Below are positions 9,422 to 19,369 of a stretch of DNA of 64,000 nt, one piece after another. The DNA comes from Patescibacteria group bacterium (lineage in GTDB: Bacteria > Patescibacteriota > Patescibacteriia > SG8-24 > DYFX01): assembly GCA_030583805.1 (NCBI GenBank), contig CP129476.1, forward strand, positions 309,453-373,452, in the 5' to 3' direction. Numbering within the stretch: position 1 is the first letter of the stretch; each line of letters starts with the position of its first letter. The notes beneath the pieces were generated by a model, which was not told where the DNA came from, made no database searches, and saw nothing but the letters and a program-made list of their open reading frames with translations. A program made the position numbers and the translations under genes.

Positions 9422-10278
9422 AAGTCGGATTCGTCGCCCTTGTTGGGCGCTCCAACACCGGAAAATCGACGCTCGTGAACGCGCTCGTCGGCACCAAAGT
9501 CGCCATCACGACGCCGAAACCGCAAACCACGCGCCAAGCCATCCAAGGCGTCCATCACGGCGAGGAGGGCCAGATTATTTTTGTCGATACGCCCGGCATC
9601 TTCAGGAAGAAGCGCGACAAGGTTACGGCCCGCATGAACCAGGCCGCCAAAGGCGCGCTTGAAGGCGTCGACCTCATCTTGAACGTCGTCGATCCGACAC
9701 GCGCGATCGGCGAAGAGGAAGAGGACATTTTGCGCCTTTTGAAAGACGTCGAAGCGCCGAAGGTGCTCGTCATCAACAAAATCGACGAGCCGCGGCCGCG
9801 CTATCTCGAAGACTACCGCGCGCTCTCTACCGACTTCGCGCAGACCGTCGAAATTTCGGCGCTCAAGGGAACGCACATCAAAGCGCTCCTTACGGCCGTC
9901 TACGCGCGCTTGCCGGAGGGCGAACCGATTTACCCCGAACACCAGATCACGAACATCGACAACAAGACGTGGTACGCCGAACTGATCCGCGAAAAGGTCT
10001 TCTTGTCGCTCTATCAGGAAATCCCGTACACCACGACCGTCGAAGTCGACGAGATCGAGCGCCGTCCGTCGAAAAACAACAAGGAGATGCTCTACGTGAA
10101 AGCGCGCATCCTGACCGACGACGACCGCCACAAGCGCATGATCATCGGCGCGGGCGGCATGATGATCCGCAAGATCGGCACCATGGTGCGCAAAGAGCTG
10201 GAACAGATCCACGGCAATCCGGTCTATTTGGAGCTCGAAGTCGAAACCGACCCGCATTGGCCCGAGCGTCTCCAGTAG
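9418..10278 (+). CDS. era: GTPase Era
   Basis: GRSNTGKSTLVNALVG (G1), DTPG (G3), NKID (G4) and a KH domain C-terminus. ATGA overlap with rlmD. Confidence 0.95.
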   Translation: MKVGFVALVGRSNTGKSTLVNALVGTKVAITTPKPQTTRQAIQGVHHGEEGQIIFVDTPGIFRKKRDKVTARMNQAAKGALEGVDLILNVVDPTRAIGEEEEDILRLLKDVEAPKVLVINKIDEPRPRYLEDYRALSTDFAQTVEISALKGTHIKALLTAVYARLPEGEPIYPEHQITNIDNKTWYAELIREKVFLSLYQEIPYTTTVEVDEIERRPSKNNKEMLYVKARILTDDDRHKRMIIGAGGMMIRKIGTMVRKELEQIHGNPVYLELEVETDPHWPERLQ

Positions 10279-10294
10279 GTTATACTGGGGATAT

Positions 10295-10999
10295 ATGGAG
10301 GAAAAAATCTCAGACGAATTCGGCTGGCGCATCTTCCGCATCATGGCGGAATTTGTCGACGGCTTTCAATTGATCCGCGGACTGAACAAGACCGTATCGT
10401 TTTTCGGCTCGGCACGCTTCGGCGAGGACGACCACCACTATGAAGAGGCGCGCGAACTGGCGCAGAAGCTCGGGAAATCCGGTTATACGATCGTGACCGG
10501 CGGCGGCCCCGGCATCATGGAGGCCGGCAACCGCGGCGCCATGGAAGTCAAAGCCAACTCCGTCGGTTTGAACATCGAGCTGCCGCAGGAGCAGAGCCTG
10601 AATCCGTACACCACGCGCTCGCAAGGCTTCCACTACTTTTTCACCAGAAAGGTGATGCTCTCGTATGCGGCGCAGGCCTACGTCTTCTTTCCGGGCGGAT
10701 TCGGCACGCTGAACGAGCTGACCGAGCTGCTCATGCTCGTGCAGACGAAAAAGATCGATCCGCTTCCGATCGTCCTCGTCGGCAAGGATTTCTGGCGTCC
10801 GTTCATGAAATGGATCGAAGAGCACGTCTACGAAAACCACAAGGCGATCGACAAGGCGGACATGAACATCTACCACCTCGCCCAAAACGTCGAGGAAGCG
10901 TATCAGGTCATCACGAGCGTCGATACATGCCCGCCGAACGCGGCAAAATGCTGGTACGGCTACCAGCCGCACCAAGTCAGGGGCGCGAAATCGAAGTAA
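10295..10999 (+). CDS. LOG family protein (TIGR00730; cytokinin riboside 5'-monophosphate phosphoribohydrolase-like)
   Basis: GGGPGIMEA and PGGFGTLNEL hallmark motifs. Confidence 0.9.
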   Translation: MEEKISDEFGWRIFRIMAEFVDGFQLIRGLNKTVSFFGSARFGEDDHHYEEARELAQKLGKSGYTIVTGGGPGIMEAGNRGAMEVKANSVGLNIELPQEQSLNPYTTRSQGFHYFFTRKVMLSYAAQAYVFFPGGFGTLNELTELLMLVQTKKIDPLPIVLVGKDFWRPFMKWIEEHVYENHKAIDKADMNIYHLAQNVEEAYQVITSVDTCPPNAAKCWYGYQPHQVRGAKSK

Positions 11000-11804
11000 T
11001 TTCGTACCCGAGCTCGTTCCAATGCACCGGCGTGGGTTCAAGCGCCTTGAGCGCCGGCTGCGCCGCCGTATGTACAACGACTTTCAGAATCAGCGGGTTT
11101 TCAGGATGGTCGAGAATGAAGAGATCGGCGAACCAGCTCGAAGCGCGCACGACGCGCACGAGCGTGAGGCGTCCGTCCACGAGAAGCGGGAACGTATCCG
11201 ACGTTCCCGTTTTTTTCAAATGAAACGGCGAAGCCGCTCCCGACGTAGTCGCCGATCCGGCGTACGTGATTGCCAAGGTATTGAACGTCTGAAAAGCGCG
11301 CGAGACGACGGAGAGCGTTTGTTCGGCAAGGCCGAGCCGCCATTCAACGCCGCCCTCGTTCTGCAGCGTCTCGAACGCGGCGCGCGTCATCCAGAGGCCG
11401 CCGTTCTGCCGCGCCTCTCCTTCGCCGACGGGCCAAAAGGCCGGCAGGAGCATCGCCTCGGCATCGCCGTAGAGCGCCAGCGCGAGCGTGCCGGTCGCCG
11501 AAGCGCTTTCCCACGTCGTCGCCAAAAACGTTTCCGGCGCCGCTTCGCGCACCGTCACGCGCAACGCCCGGCTTTCGTCGCCGATCACCCCATCAAACGC
11601 CCCGGTCACGCCGAGCGTCGAGGGACGCACGGTGAACGCCAAGCCGGACTCGAGGGCGATGGAGCGAGAGGCTTCGGAAGCGGCGTTCGAGGGCGCGCCG
11701 AACCACGGCACCTTGGCGAGCGCGTTCTCAAGGCGCTCCCGCGGCGCGCAGCCGGCGCCGGAAAGCAGCAACGCCGAAAGAAGGATGACGAAGCGTGTTC
11801 TCAT
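10977..11804 (-). CDS. Hypothetical lipoprotein
   Basis: Signal peptide with lipobox LLSGAGC. Convergent 23-nt overlap with the LOG gene. Confidence 0.6.
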   Translation of the reverse strand: MRTRFVILLSALLLSGAGCAPRERLENALAKVPWFGAPSNAASEASRSIALESGLAFTVRPSTLGVTGAFDGVIGDESRALRVTVREAAPETFLATTWESASATGTLALALYGDAEAMLLPAFWPVGEGEARQNGGLWMTRAAFETLQNEGGVEWRLGLAEQTLSVVSRAFQTFNTLAITYAGSATTSGAASPFHLKKTGTSDTFPLLVDGRLTLVRVVRASSWFADLFILDHPENPLILKVVVHTAAQPALKALEPTPVHWNELGYEITSISRP

Positions 11805-11821
11805 GCCGTCATCGTATCACA

Positions 11822-12667
11822 CTAGGCAAGGACCCAGCGTCCGTTTTTCCGCTTGATCAAGCCGTCTTTTTCCAATCCAGGTAAAACGTGGAGAAGGCCC
11901 GCCAGGTCTTTTTCGGCGGCCGGACCTTTCCTCAGTGTCTCGATGACGCGGCCGCGATAGATACGATTCGGTATTCCATCCGCGTCGACGCGCTCTTTTC
12001 GCGCGGGCTTTTGTTTTGGCAGCGTCTTTACTTTTAAAATCCGAGGATAGGAACGGCAGAGCGTTTTGAGCGGGCACTCCATACAGAACGGCCGGCCCGC
12101 CTTGCAAATAGTCGCGCCGATATCCATCAATCCCTGGTTTACCTCGTACGAGAGATGTTCGGGCAACGTTTGCTCCCACAAAAGCCAGGAGCGCTCATCG
12201 AATGTTTTCGGATCCGCCGCCGGTCCTTTGAAGAAGCGGTACAGCACGCGCCGCAGATTCGTATCCGGCGCGAGCGCGCGCTTGCGGAAGGCGAACGCCC
12301 GGATCGCGCGGGCGGTATAAGGACCGATACCCTTCAAAGCAAGCAACGCCTCGGCATTTTCAGGCAGCAGCCCGTCATGCCGCGCAACGATCTCCCCGGC
12401 CATGTTGCGCAGCCGCACGGCACGCATGTTGTATCCGAGACCCTTCCATGCCCGCACGACGTCGGCCTGCGGCGCTTCGGCCAATTTCTTCCAGGACGGA
12501 AATGCGGCGACGAACTTTTTGAATAGCGGCGCGACGCGATCGACCTGCGTTTGCTGCAGCATGAACTCCGACACGGCGATGCGGTACGGATCATCCGTGC
12601 GGCGCCATGGCAAATCGCGGCCATGGGCGCGATACCATGCTGCGATCGCCTTCCACGGCAGCTTCAT
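11822..12667 (-). CDS. mutY: A/G-specific adenine glycosylase (MutY family, HhH-GPD + 4Fe-4S), short form lacking the NUDIX-like C-terminal domain
   Basis: WRRTDDPYRIAVSEFMLQQTQ, HhH-GPD LKGIGPYTA and the CKAGRPFCMECPLKTLC Fe-S loop. ATG at residue 43 of the track ORF (MKLPWKAI...). ATGA overlap with the upstream gene. Confidence 0.8.
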   Translation of the reverse strand: MKLPWKAIAAWYRAHGRDLPWRRTDDPYRIAVSEFMLQQTQVDRVAPLFKKFVAAFPSWKKLAEAPQADVVRAWKGLGYNMRAVRLRNMAGEIVARHDGLLPENAEALLALKGIGPYTARAIRAFAFRKRALAPDTNLRRVLYRFFKGPAADPKTFDERSWLLWEQTLPEHLSYEVNQGLMDIGATICKAGRPFCMECPLKTLCRSYPRILKVKTLPKQKPARKERVDADGIPNRIYRGRVIETLRKGPAAEKDLAGLLHVLPGLEKDGLIKRKNGRWVLA

Positions 12668-13362
12668 GCGGCGAGCGATGCGCGTTCCGCTGCCGTCAGC
12701 GGGCGCCAATCCCCTTCCGCGAGCTCGCCGAGCTCGACGCCTGCGACGCGCACGCGTACGAGCTTCAAGACGCTGTACCCGAGCGCTTCGCACATCCGGC
12801 GGATCTGCCGATTCTTGCCTTCCGTGATCGTGATGCGGAAGCGCGCACCGTCGCTTTGTTCCACTTTAGCGGGGCGCGTCTTGAGGCCGAGGATGCGGAC
12901 GCCTTCGCGCATCTGCTTCAAAAAGTCCTCGGTCAACGGCTTGTTGACGCCGACGATATATTCCTTTTCCGTTCCGGAGTCCGGGCGCATCAAGCGGTCG
13001 GCCAGCGCCGTATCGTCCGTGAAAATCAAGAGGCCGCTCGACGCGACGTCGAGACGCCCGACCGGAAACAGCCTGACGTCCGGAAGCTTCTTCTTGGAAC
13101 GCCGAAGCGCTTCCATGACGTTGTCGGGCGAGGATGCGTCGGTCGTCACGATGACGCCGACCGGCTTATGGAACGCGATCACGGCATGCTCGGCTGGCGG
13201 AACGACGCGCTTGCCGCCGACAGCGACTTCATCGCCGTCCTGAATCTGGTCGCCAAGCTTTGCGACGCGCCCGTTGATCGTCACCTTGCCCGCCTCGATC
13301 AGGCGGTCGGCCTCGCGGCGCGAGGATACCCCGGCGCCGTTCAAGTATTTATTGATACGCAT
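12664..13362 (-). CDS. rsuA: rRNA pseudouridine synthase, RsuA/RluB family (S4 domain + catalytic domain)
   Basis: MRINKYLNGAGVSSRREADRLIEAGKVTINGR is an S4 domain. GRLDVASSGLLIFTDD contains the catalytic Asp motif. Confidence 0.85.
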   Translation of the reverse strand: MRINKYLNGAGVSSRREADRLIEAGKVTINGRVAKLGDQIQDGDEVAVGGKRVVPPAEHAVIAFHKPVGVIVTTDASSPDNVMEALRRSKKKLPDVRLFPVGRLDVASSGLLIFTDDTALADRLMRPDSGTEKEYIVGVNKPLTEDFLKQMREGVRILGLKTRPAKVEQSDGARFRITITEGKNRQIRRMCEALGYSVLKLVRVRVAGVELGELAEGDWRPLTAAERASLAA

Positions 13363-13381
13363 GGCCCCATGCTAGCACATT

Positions 13382-13411
13382 GACAAGGGTCGAAAAGGGC
13401 GTTACGATGTC
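13382..13411 (+). promoter_or_regulatory. Sigma70-like promoter for tRNA-Gln
   Basis: TTGACA-16 nt-TTACGAT, about 8 nt upstream of the tRNA 5' end. Confidence 0.5.
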
Positions 13412-13418
13412 GGCGCAT

Positions 13419-13489
13419 TCGGGGATCGTCTAATGGTAGGACAACAGACTCTGAATCTGTTTATCTTGGTTCGAATCCAGGTCCCCGAG
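13419..13489 (+). tRNA. tRNA-Gln (anticodon CTG)
   Basis: Hand-folded cloverleaf: acceptor tcgggga/tccccga, D-arm gtc-taatggtag-gac, anticodon stem acaga/tctgt with loop ctCTGaa, T-arm cttgg-ttcgaat-ccagg, discriminator G, encoded CCA at 13490-13492. Confidence 0.85.
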
Positions 13490-13664
13490 CCAAAGAAATT
13501 AAGTTCAGGTAGACCGGAACCTCCGCCCAAAACTGACGGGGTTCCAATAGACCGGAATGCCTGAAATCGAATGTGAAAGCACTGGAGAGATCCGGTGTTT
13601 TCGTTTTGACGAAGCCTTTCCTGAGGGGTACGGTGATGTCCGAATAATAACCCTAATAAAGTGA

Positions 13665-16600
13665 GTGGTGGCCAAGCCTATTAAGAGGAAAATATACGCG
13701 GCCAATCTGACCACCCTCATGGGGTTTGGCCTATTCGGCATCCTTTCGGCCGAAGCCTACTATGTTGGATCTTCCACGGCCTCCAAGCTTGTGGGTGATT
13801 TCCACAGAGGTGATTACGGATATTGGCTGGCGACCATCTGCACGGGCTACCTGCTGTATGTCGTCGCCTATTTCATCTTGAGAGGCGGTCCGGCTGCTGC
13901 TGCGAAACTGCTTAAGAGCAGGCGCGCGGATGTCGTTGGTGTCTTCGTGGCCGGAGCACTGATGAGTATCTCGTTCGGCGGATTCGGCAGTCCCCTCTAT
14001 CAGAAATTGGCATATACACTCACCGTCTATCAAATACTCACGCTCGCCCTGCTGCCATTTGCGCTGGGACTTTTGATCTTGCTCCGAGCATTGCAGCGTG
14101 GTCCGGATCGAGAGGGCTTGCCGCCGTTTTTCATCAGCGACGTTGAGCAGAAAAACAAGACTGGCGACCTACTTGACCTTGCGGATGAGGCAGATCGGTT
14201 TGCAGAGCGCGTCTGGAACAACGGCTCAATAGAAAGCATGGTGTTCGGCATTGACGCGCCATGGGGCATCGGAAAGTCATCATTCGTAAATTTTTGCAGG
14301 GAGTCATGGGAAGGAAAACACAGAGGACGGGTCATCCTCTATAATTTCAATCCCCTAAGGTATGAAGATCGGGCGAATCTCCTTGAGAAGTTCGTCGACG
14401 GCCTTGTTCGCGTCGTACAAAAACACGCTTTTGTCCCAGAGATTAGGCCACTGGTTTCAAAATATTCTCGCTTCATCAAAAGCGCCAAAGCGTCATTCAG
14501 TTTTTTGGGGGTTGATTTCGAATTGGCACCCGGCACATATACGGTCGATGATGCCTTCGCAGATCTTGAATCAGCCCTGACCGACATCGACAGAAAAATT
14601 GTCATCGTCATCGACGATCTCGACAGGTTGGATTTCTCGGCGATTAAGGACGTCCTCTCTGTGATTAAGAAGAGTTTTAACCTGCCCAATGTTTCCTACG
14701 TCCTCTGCTACGACACTGAGAATATCAATGTGCTGGAAAGGGAACGGCCTGATGTTGAGAAAGTGACGGAGTTCCTTGAGAAATTCGTCAACGTCAAGGT
14801 GGGCCTGTACCTCGACAGCGAGACGCTCGCTAAATACGTCTCCACCAATCTCGCCAGGGCCCTAGTGGGTAACTCTCAGGCCGATCCGAAGCTGGTTTCG
14901 GCGGCGGTTGGTGGTCTCATCGACATCTATAAGTCTCCCGAATTCCACCGCTACCTGCCCTTCATCGGCGATGTTAGAAAAATCAAGAGGTTCATCAATA
15001 CACTCCTGCTTCTTGAAATCGAAAAGGCTGATTTCAAGAATAGTGATTTCGACAAGCAGGACTTGGTTCATCTGCTGTTGATCTATATTAATTATCCGAG
15101 CATCTTCCGGAAGATTTATAACGCCGAGACGAATGGGCGCCGGGGGTTCTTTTCGGTCGCCATGCCCCTCGATGATAACTACCCGAAGGATCCGAGTGCG
15201 GCGCGATCAGGACTAGAAAACACCTACAAAAACTCTACGGATTACGAGGCCTATGTGAAAAAACTTACCGATAACCAGAAATTCCTGCTCGGCAAGATTT
15301 TTGACGTTCCTCTAAGGTTGAAGGACGCGAGAATTGACGGCGTCCCTCAAGAAGCCAAGCATGTGTACGCTTGTTTCAATGGGGGCGTGTTCGGCGGCGG
15401 CCAAAATCTTGAGGCCTACCTCAATTTGATCGTCAAACTTTCCAAGCCCCAAAAGAGTGGCCAGTACAAGTTTTACGCAAATCTCAAGGACGAGATCCGC
15501 GACGGAAAGAAGTCCATCGATGATGTACTGTCAACATCCGATTTTTCGTATGATTGCCCAGAGAGCAACCGCGAACAGCTGTGGAAAGTCATCATCAACA
15601 GCCTGTCGGAATTCAAGAGTGTGGTGGGTAGCAAGCTGATCGTTCACCTGCTAGGGAATATGCAGAACTATTCCCTCTTCACAAATCAGGTGATTGGCGT
15701 CGGTTTGCGAGACGACCTAGATATTTTCCTGACGAGGCTGCTCGATCAGGTGGGTTGGAAGGATCAGAAAGGCGAGCACACCGACAACACCCCAGAAAAC
15801 ATTTCTGAAATTGCCGAATGGGTCTTTGGCGAAGGGCGGCACGCTGGTCAATCGGTTCTTTTGACACTCGCCAAAGAAGACCGCGGCACCCTCGGCCTCT
15901 ATGATCTGCTTTGCTTCCGCCTCTTTTGCAGCGCCGATCGAGGGGGTGATATCTTCAATCTTTCTCGTGCACTCTCAAAGCATGGCGACCCCAACGCACC
16001 GACAGATGGTTCAATAAGGGAGATTGCTATCGGGGAAATGCGTGAAATATCGCAAGCTGTCTTCGGTATTTTCAAGTCTCAATACATCGATCCCGGAAAA
16101 AACATTTTTGATTTAATCGATGGGCTCTCTTTGGCTGATTTTGCCGGAAAATACCAAGCATACATCGAAGGAAAGGTTACATCTGGAGAGATCGAAAATG
16201 CTGAAACTACGGTTGCCGATCTTAAGTCACGCATGAAGTCATTCATCACCTACCAACTGACCAATACCTACATCAGTAGCGGCGTCGGCTGCGGTTACTA
16301 CGACCCGTCAGGCAAAGAGGACGCTGGAGGAATCAGCCACAGCGTCAATGACTACCTTTTCGGTACGTGTTTTAACCCCAGCGTCGCCGGGAAAAATTAT
16401 GAACACTTCTTGGACTACTTGCTCATAAATTTTGCCAGCACCTTTGAATCAAGGGGTGGTCGTGAATACACCCCACATATCAATGAATTCACAAAAATCC
16501 TCGACAAGTCAAAGCTCGCAGAGTACTGGCGCGAACACGCCACCACGATCAGGGGTCTGAACCTAACTGAGAAGGAAAAGACAGTGATCACCTCAAATTA

Positions 16601-16700
16601 TTCTGCTTCGTACAAAGACGATCTGGCGGGCGTGTTTCAGGTGCTGGACAAGCTCATCGAAGAACCTGTAGTCGAGGCACCTGTCGCGCCTAGCGCTTAG
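13665..16700 (+). CDS. KAP family P-loop NTPase with four N-terminal transmembrane helices
   Basis: GTG start. Four hydrophobic helices in the first ~140 aa. FGIDAPWGIGKSSFVNF (KAP Walker A GxWGxGKS) and VIVIDDLDRL (Walker B). Confidence 0.8.
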   Translation: MVAKPIKRKIYAANLTTLMGFGLFGILSAEAYYVGSSTASKLVGDFHRGDYGYWLATICTGYLLYVVAYFILRGGPAAAAKLLKSRRADVVGVFVAGALMSISFGGFGSPLYQKLAYTLTVYQILTLALLPFALGLLILLRALQRGPDREGLPPFFISDVEQKNKTGDLLDLADEADRFAERVWNNGSIESMVFGIDAPWGIGKSSFVNFCRESWEGKHRGRVILYNFNPLRYEDRANLLEKFVDGLVRVVQKHAFVPEIRPLVSKYSRFIKSAKASFSFLGVDFELAPGTYTVDDAFADLESALTDIDRKIVIVIDDLDRLDFSAIKDVLSVIKKSFNLPNVSYVLCYDTENINVLERERPDVEKVTEFLEKFVNVKVGLYLDSETLAKYVSTNLARALVGNSQADPKLVSAAVGGLIDIYKSPEFHRYLPFIGDVRKIKRFINTLLLLEIEKADFKNSDFDKQDLVHLLLIYINYPSIFRKIYNAETNGRRGFFSVAMPLDDNYPKDPSAARSGLENTYKNSTDYEAYVKKLTDNQKFLLGKIFDVPLRLKDARIDGVPQEAKHVYACFNGGVFGGGQNLEAYLNLIVKLSKPQKSGQYKFYANLKDEIRDGKKSIDDVLSTSDFSYDCPESNREQLWKVIINSLSEFKSVVGSKLIVHLLGNMQNYSLFTNQVIGVGLRDDLDIFLTRLLDQVGWKDQKGEHTDNTPENISEIAEWVFGEGRHAGQSVLLTLAKEDRGTLGLYDLLCFRLFCSADRGGDIFNLSRALSKHGDPNAPTDGSIREIAIGEMREISQAVFGIFKSQYIDPGKNIFDLIDGLSLADFAGKYQAYIEGKVTSGEIENAETTVADLKSRMKSFITYQLTNTYISSGVGCGYYDPSGKEDAGGISHSVNDYLFGTCFNPSVAGKNYEHFLDYLLINFASTFESRGGREYTPHINEFTKILDKSKLAEYWREHATTIRGLNLTEKEKTVITSNYSASYKDDLAGVFQVLDKLIEEPVVEAPVAPSA

Positions 16701-17985
16701 CCACACTTAGATGTTGGTCTGCTAGAACAATGCTAGTTTTTACACAGAGGAGAAGCTCACGCTTTTCCTCTTTTGTTCCGTTGATTAGGACGTGGCGGAG
16801 GTACTTCTTGTGATCCAGCCGAGGCATTTTTGTGCTCGCCTCTGCACCGAGCATGGATGCCATGAAACGCTGATTCCGCTCAAGCTCGTCCTGGAATTTC
16901 TTTTTTGAAACCGCGTGGTCGATCTCCAGCTCGTCGAGGATGCCGACGAGCTGTTCAATGAGCACCTCCTCGCGAACGTACGGTTCCTTGCAGTCTTTGT
17001 CGGTGGTCCGCCCACAGTGATAGTAGACGTAGCGCTGGCGCGTGCCGTCGCGTAAGCTCTTGAACTTCTCCTGCGCTGTGACGCCGGAGCCGCACGCGCC
17101 GCACTTCATGAGGCGGGTGAAGGCAAACTCTTTCGACCCCCACTTGGTCTTTTTCTTTTCCATCGCCAGCTGCCTCTGCACGTCGTTGAACAATTCCTCC
17201 GTGACGATGGACTCGTGGGCCACCGGGAACCAGTTTCCGCTTCCGCATGGATACTCGAACCTGCCGTAGTAATAGGGGTTCCGGAGCATGAGGTAAATCA
17301 TGCTTAGCGGCAGTTTCTTGCCCTTCCGCGTTTTGAACCCGACCTCGTCGAGCCATACCTTGATCTTCCTGCCGCTGTGACCGAGGTTCGAGACGCGCTC
17401 GAACATCTCCTTGATGATTGGCGCACGTTCGGGATCGAGGAGAACCTTCTGCTCGCCCTTCATCGTTGTCTTGGTGTTGAAGTACCCGAGCGGCGACTGG
17501 TTCGGCCTCCAGCCCTGCTGCACCTTGGCACGTTGCCCCCGTTTCACGTTGACACCACGGTTGTCATTCTCGAGTTTTGCCTGACTGCACAGGATCATCA
17601 GCAGGAACTTCTCGTTCGGCGAGTTGGTGAAGTGCTGGCTCGGTGTTCGGATCTCGACGAGCTTCCCTTGATCCATGAGGTCGACGAGTGCCCCCAGGTC
17701 GCCGCCGTTGCGGCTGAGTCGGTCCGGTGCCCACGTCAGGATGCCGTTGAATGTCCCGGCGCGCACATCCGTGATCAGGCGGTTGTATTCCGGACGCTGG
17801 TTCGAGTCCTTCGCGGAGTGGCTCTCGCGCCGCGTCGCCACGACCTCCAGCTTCTCACGCTCGGCGAGCTCGAGCATCTCCTTGATCTGCGCGTCGATCG
17901 ACAGCGCCTGCCGCTCGTCCTGCTCGCTCGACTTCCGGGCGTACAGGCAGTACCGAACAGGTACGGCTTCAGTTGGCTTGTTCAT
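16690..17985 (-). CDS. Large serine recombinase (resolvase/invertase N-domain + recombinase domain + zinc ribbon)
   Basis: YCLYARKSSEQDERQALSIDAQ is the catalytic Ser region. CGACGSG in the C-terminal zinc-ribbon region. 431 aa. Confidence 0.85.
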   Translation of the reverse strand: MNKPTEAVPVRYCLYARKSSEQDERQALSIDAQIKEMLELAEREKLEVVATRRESHSAKDSNQRPEYNRLITDVRAGTFNGILTWAPDRLSRNGGDLGALVDLMDQGKLVEIRTPSQHFTNSPNEKFLLMILCSQAKLENDNRGVNVKRGQRAKVQQGWRPNQSPLGYFNTKTTMKGEQKVLLDPERAPIIKEMFERVSNLGHSGRKIKVWLDEVGFKTRKGKKLPLSMIYLMLRNPYYYGRFEYPCGSGNWFPVAHESIVTEELFNDVQRQLAMEKKKTKWGSKEFAFTRLMKCGACGSGVTAQEKFKSLRDGTRQRYVYYHCGRTTDKDCKEPYVREEVLIEQLVGILDELEIDHAVSKKKFQDELERNQRFMASMLGAEASTKMPRLDHKKYLRHVLINGTKEEKRELLLCVKTSIVLADQHLSVAKR

Positions 17986-18064
17986 AGCCCTTATTTGCCC
18001 TTACAGCCCCTTAATAGAAGGCATGTAGGACATCAATGCCGCACCCCGACCGTGAAGGCTAGGC

Positions 18065-18175
18065 TGGCCTTAAAAGCTCTTTAAAGCCATATGACACCGA
18101 CGAATCTCCGAACATCCCTGGCAATCCTGATGACAAGCATGGGGAAGGCATCCGCGAGATAGCTCGGCTATGCGA
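18065..18175 (-). pseudogene. Truncated 3' fragment of a second terminase large-subunit (terL) copy
   Basis: Reverse translation gives ...LADAFPMLVIRIARDVRRFVGVIWL*, matching the C-terminus of the intact TerL (...LADAFSMLVIRVAKDVRRFVGIIWL*). About 80% nt identity to 19360-19470. Confidence 0.7.
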
Positions 18176-18304
18176 ACCATCGAGACGAGGTCGGGATGAC
18201 ATTTTTGTCCCATAACGCACCATCATCGGATATTTGACGAGGATTAATCCACATGTTAGTCTTGCACCGGCTCACAACAACCACCCGAGCCATTGGAGGC
18301 AGAA

Positions 18305-18775
18305 ATGAAGCGCATCGTTCTTTTGACGGCGGTTCTCGCATACGGCGTGTTGACCTCGGGCTGTGTCGTGGATGACGACGGCGAGGACCTAGGGGTCACG
18401 GAGCAGGAGGTTACGGTCAACGACACACTGCCCACATCTGGGAGTAAGACGGTCAGCGTAGCCGTCTATCCTGGTGCACCCTCAGACATTATCATGAGTT
18501 CTCCGTCTTCCGGCAACTGGAAGTTCGAGACGTACGGCAGCCCAATCAGTCTGGGTGGTTGCTCGGCCGGCGACTTCATCGTCTACACCTACTGGCGAGA
18601 CACAAGCGTCAGCTCGACGTGGAACTACTGGCCAGGAGGCGGGCCGGTCTGTTACCCGACATCCGGGTGGTCGACGAACCTGTACAGCGGGAGCAGCACC
18701 ATTCAGTACAAGTTCGAGTACTACGCGTACGGCGGTTATGGCGAAACCGTTTACGCGAAGTTCACGAAGCAATAG
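18305..18775 (+). CDS. Hypothetical lipoprotein (Trp/Tyr/Ser-rich)
   Basis: GGAGG SD 5 nt upstream of the ATG. Signal peptide with lipobox LTSGC. Confidence 0.6.
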   Translation: MKRIVLLTAVLAYGVLTSGCVVDDDGEDLGVTEQEVTVNDTLPTSGSKTVSVAVYPGAPSDIIMSSPSSGNWKFETYGSPISLGGCSAGDFIVYTYWRDTSVSSTWNYWPGGGPVCYPTSGWSTNLYSGSSTIQYKFEYYAYGGYGETVYAKFTKQ

Positions 18776-18816
18776 TCGAGGGCTCGTACGTCGTGCTAGT
18801 ATGTGAATACAGCACG

Positions 18817-19287
18817 ATGTTTTTAAACCCAAACCATATGTCCATGCCCAAGCGTGTCCGGGAACTACTTTCCACAGCGTCCTTGTTGTTTTTTGTGTGG
18901 CTTTCCGCATTTAGTGGCGATTTCATTGCCGCGCGCACATTCCAAATGAATGATGCCTCCATCCGCAATCCTTGGTGGTCAGTAATCGTAATAGGGTTGC
19001 TCCAACTGATGTTCATGTACGTCGGAGCGCAAGCCATACTGCATATTCTTAAACCCGGCCGCGTCAATAAAAAGCTAGGATTACTTACAGCCCTAATCGC
19101 GTGGCTTTCACTAGAAAAAGTTCTCGCGTTTCCTCGATTGCTTGCGACTCTGCTTCCCAACGGGATTATCGGTACAAACACCGCTCTTTCTACGGTTATC
19201 GTAATTGCAGCACAACTTTCGGTGACGTATCTGCTGGTGTTGATTATCTCGCGCTTGTTGCTTACGGGAGAGGGTGATAGCAAGTGA
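18817..19287 (+). CDS. Hypothetical integral membrane protein (~4 TM)
   Basis: MFLNPNHMSMPKRV... start inside the longer track ORF. Multiple hydrophobic helices. Confidence 0.5.
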   Translation: MFLNPNHMSMPKRVRELLSTASLLFFVWLSAFSGDFIAARTFQMNDASIRNPWWSVIVIGLLQLMFMYVGAQAILHILKPGRVNKKLGLLTALIAWLSLEKVLAFPRLLATLLPNGIIGTNTALSTVIVIAAQLSVTYLLVLIISRLLLTGEGDSK

Positions 19288-19369
19288 CGATTGGGAGCAT
19301 ATAGTTACCGGGAGTAGCTAATGCCTTTCTGCTTGTGACTGTCTGGCTTGTGCCGCCCTTAAAAACCCC

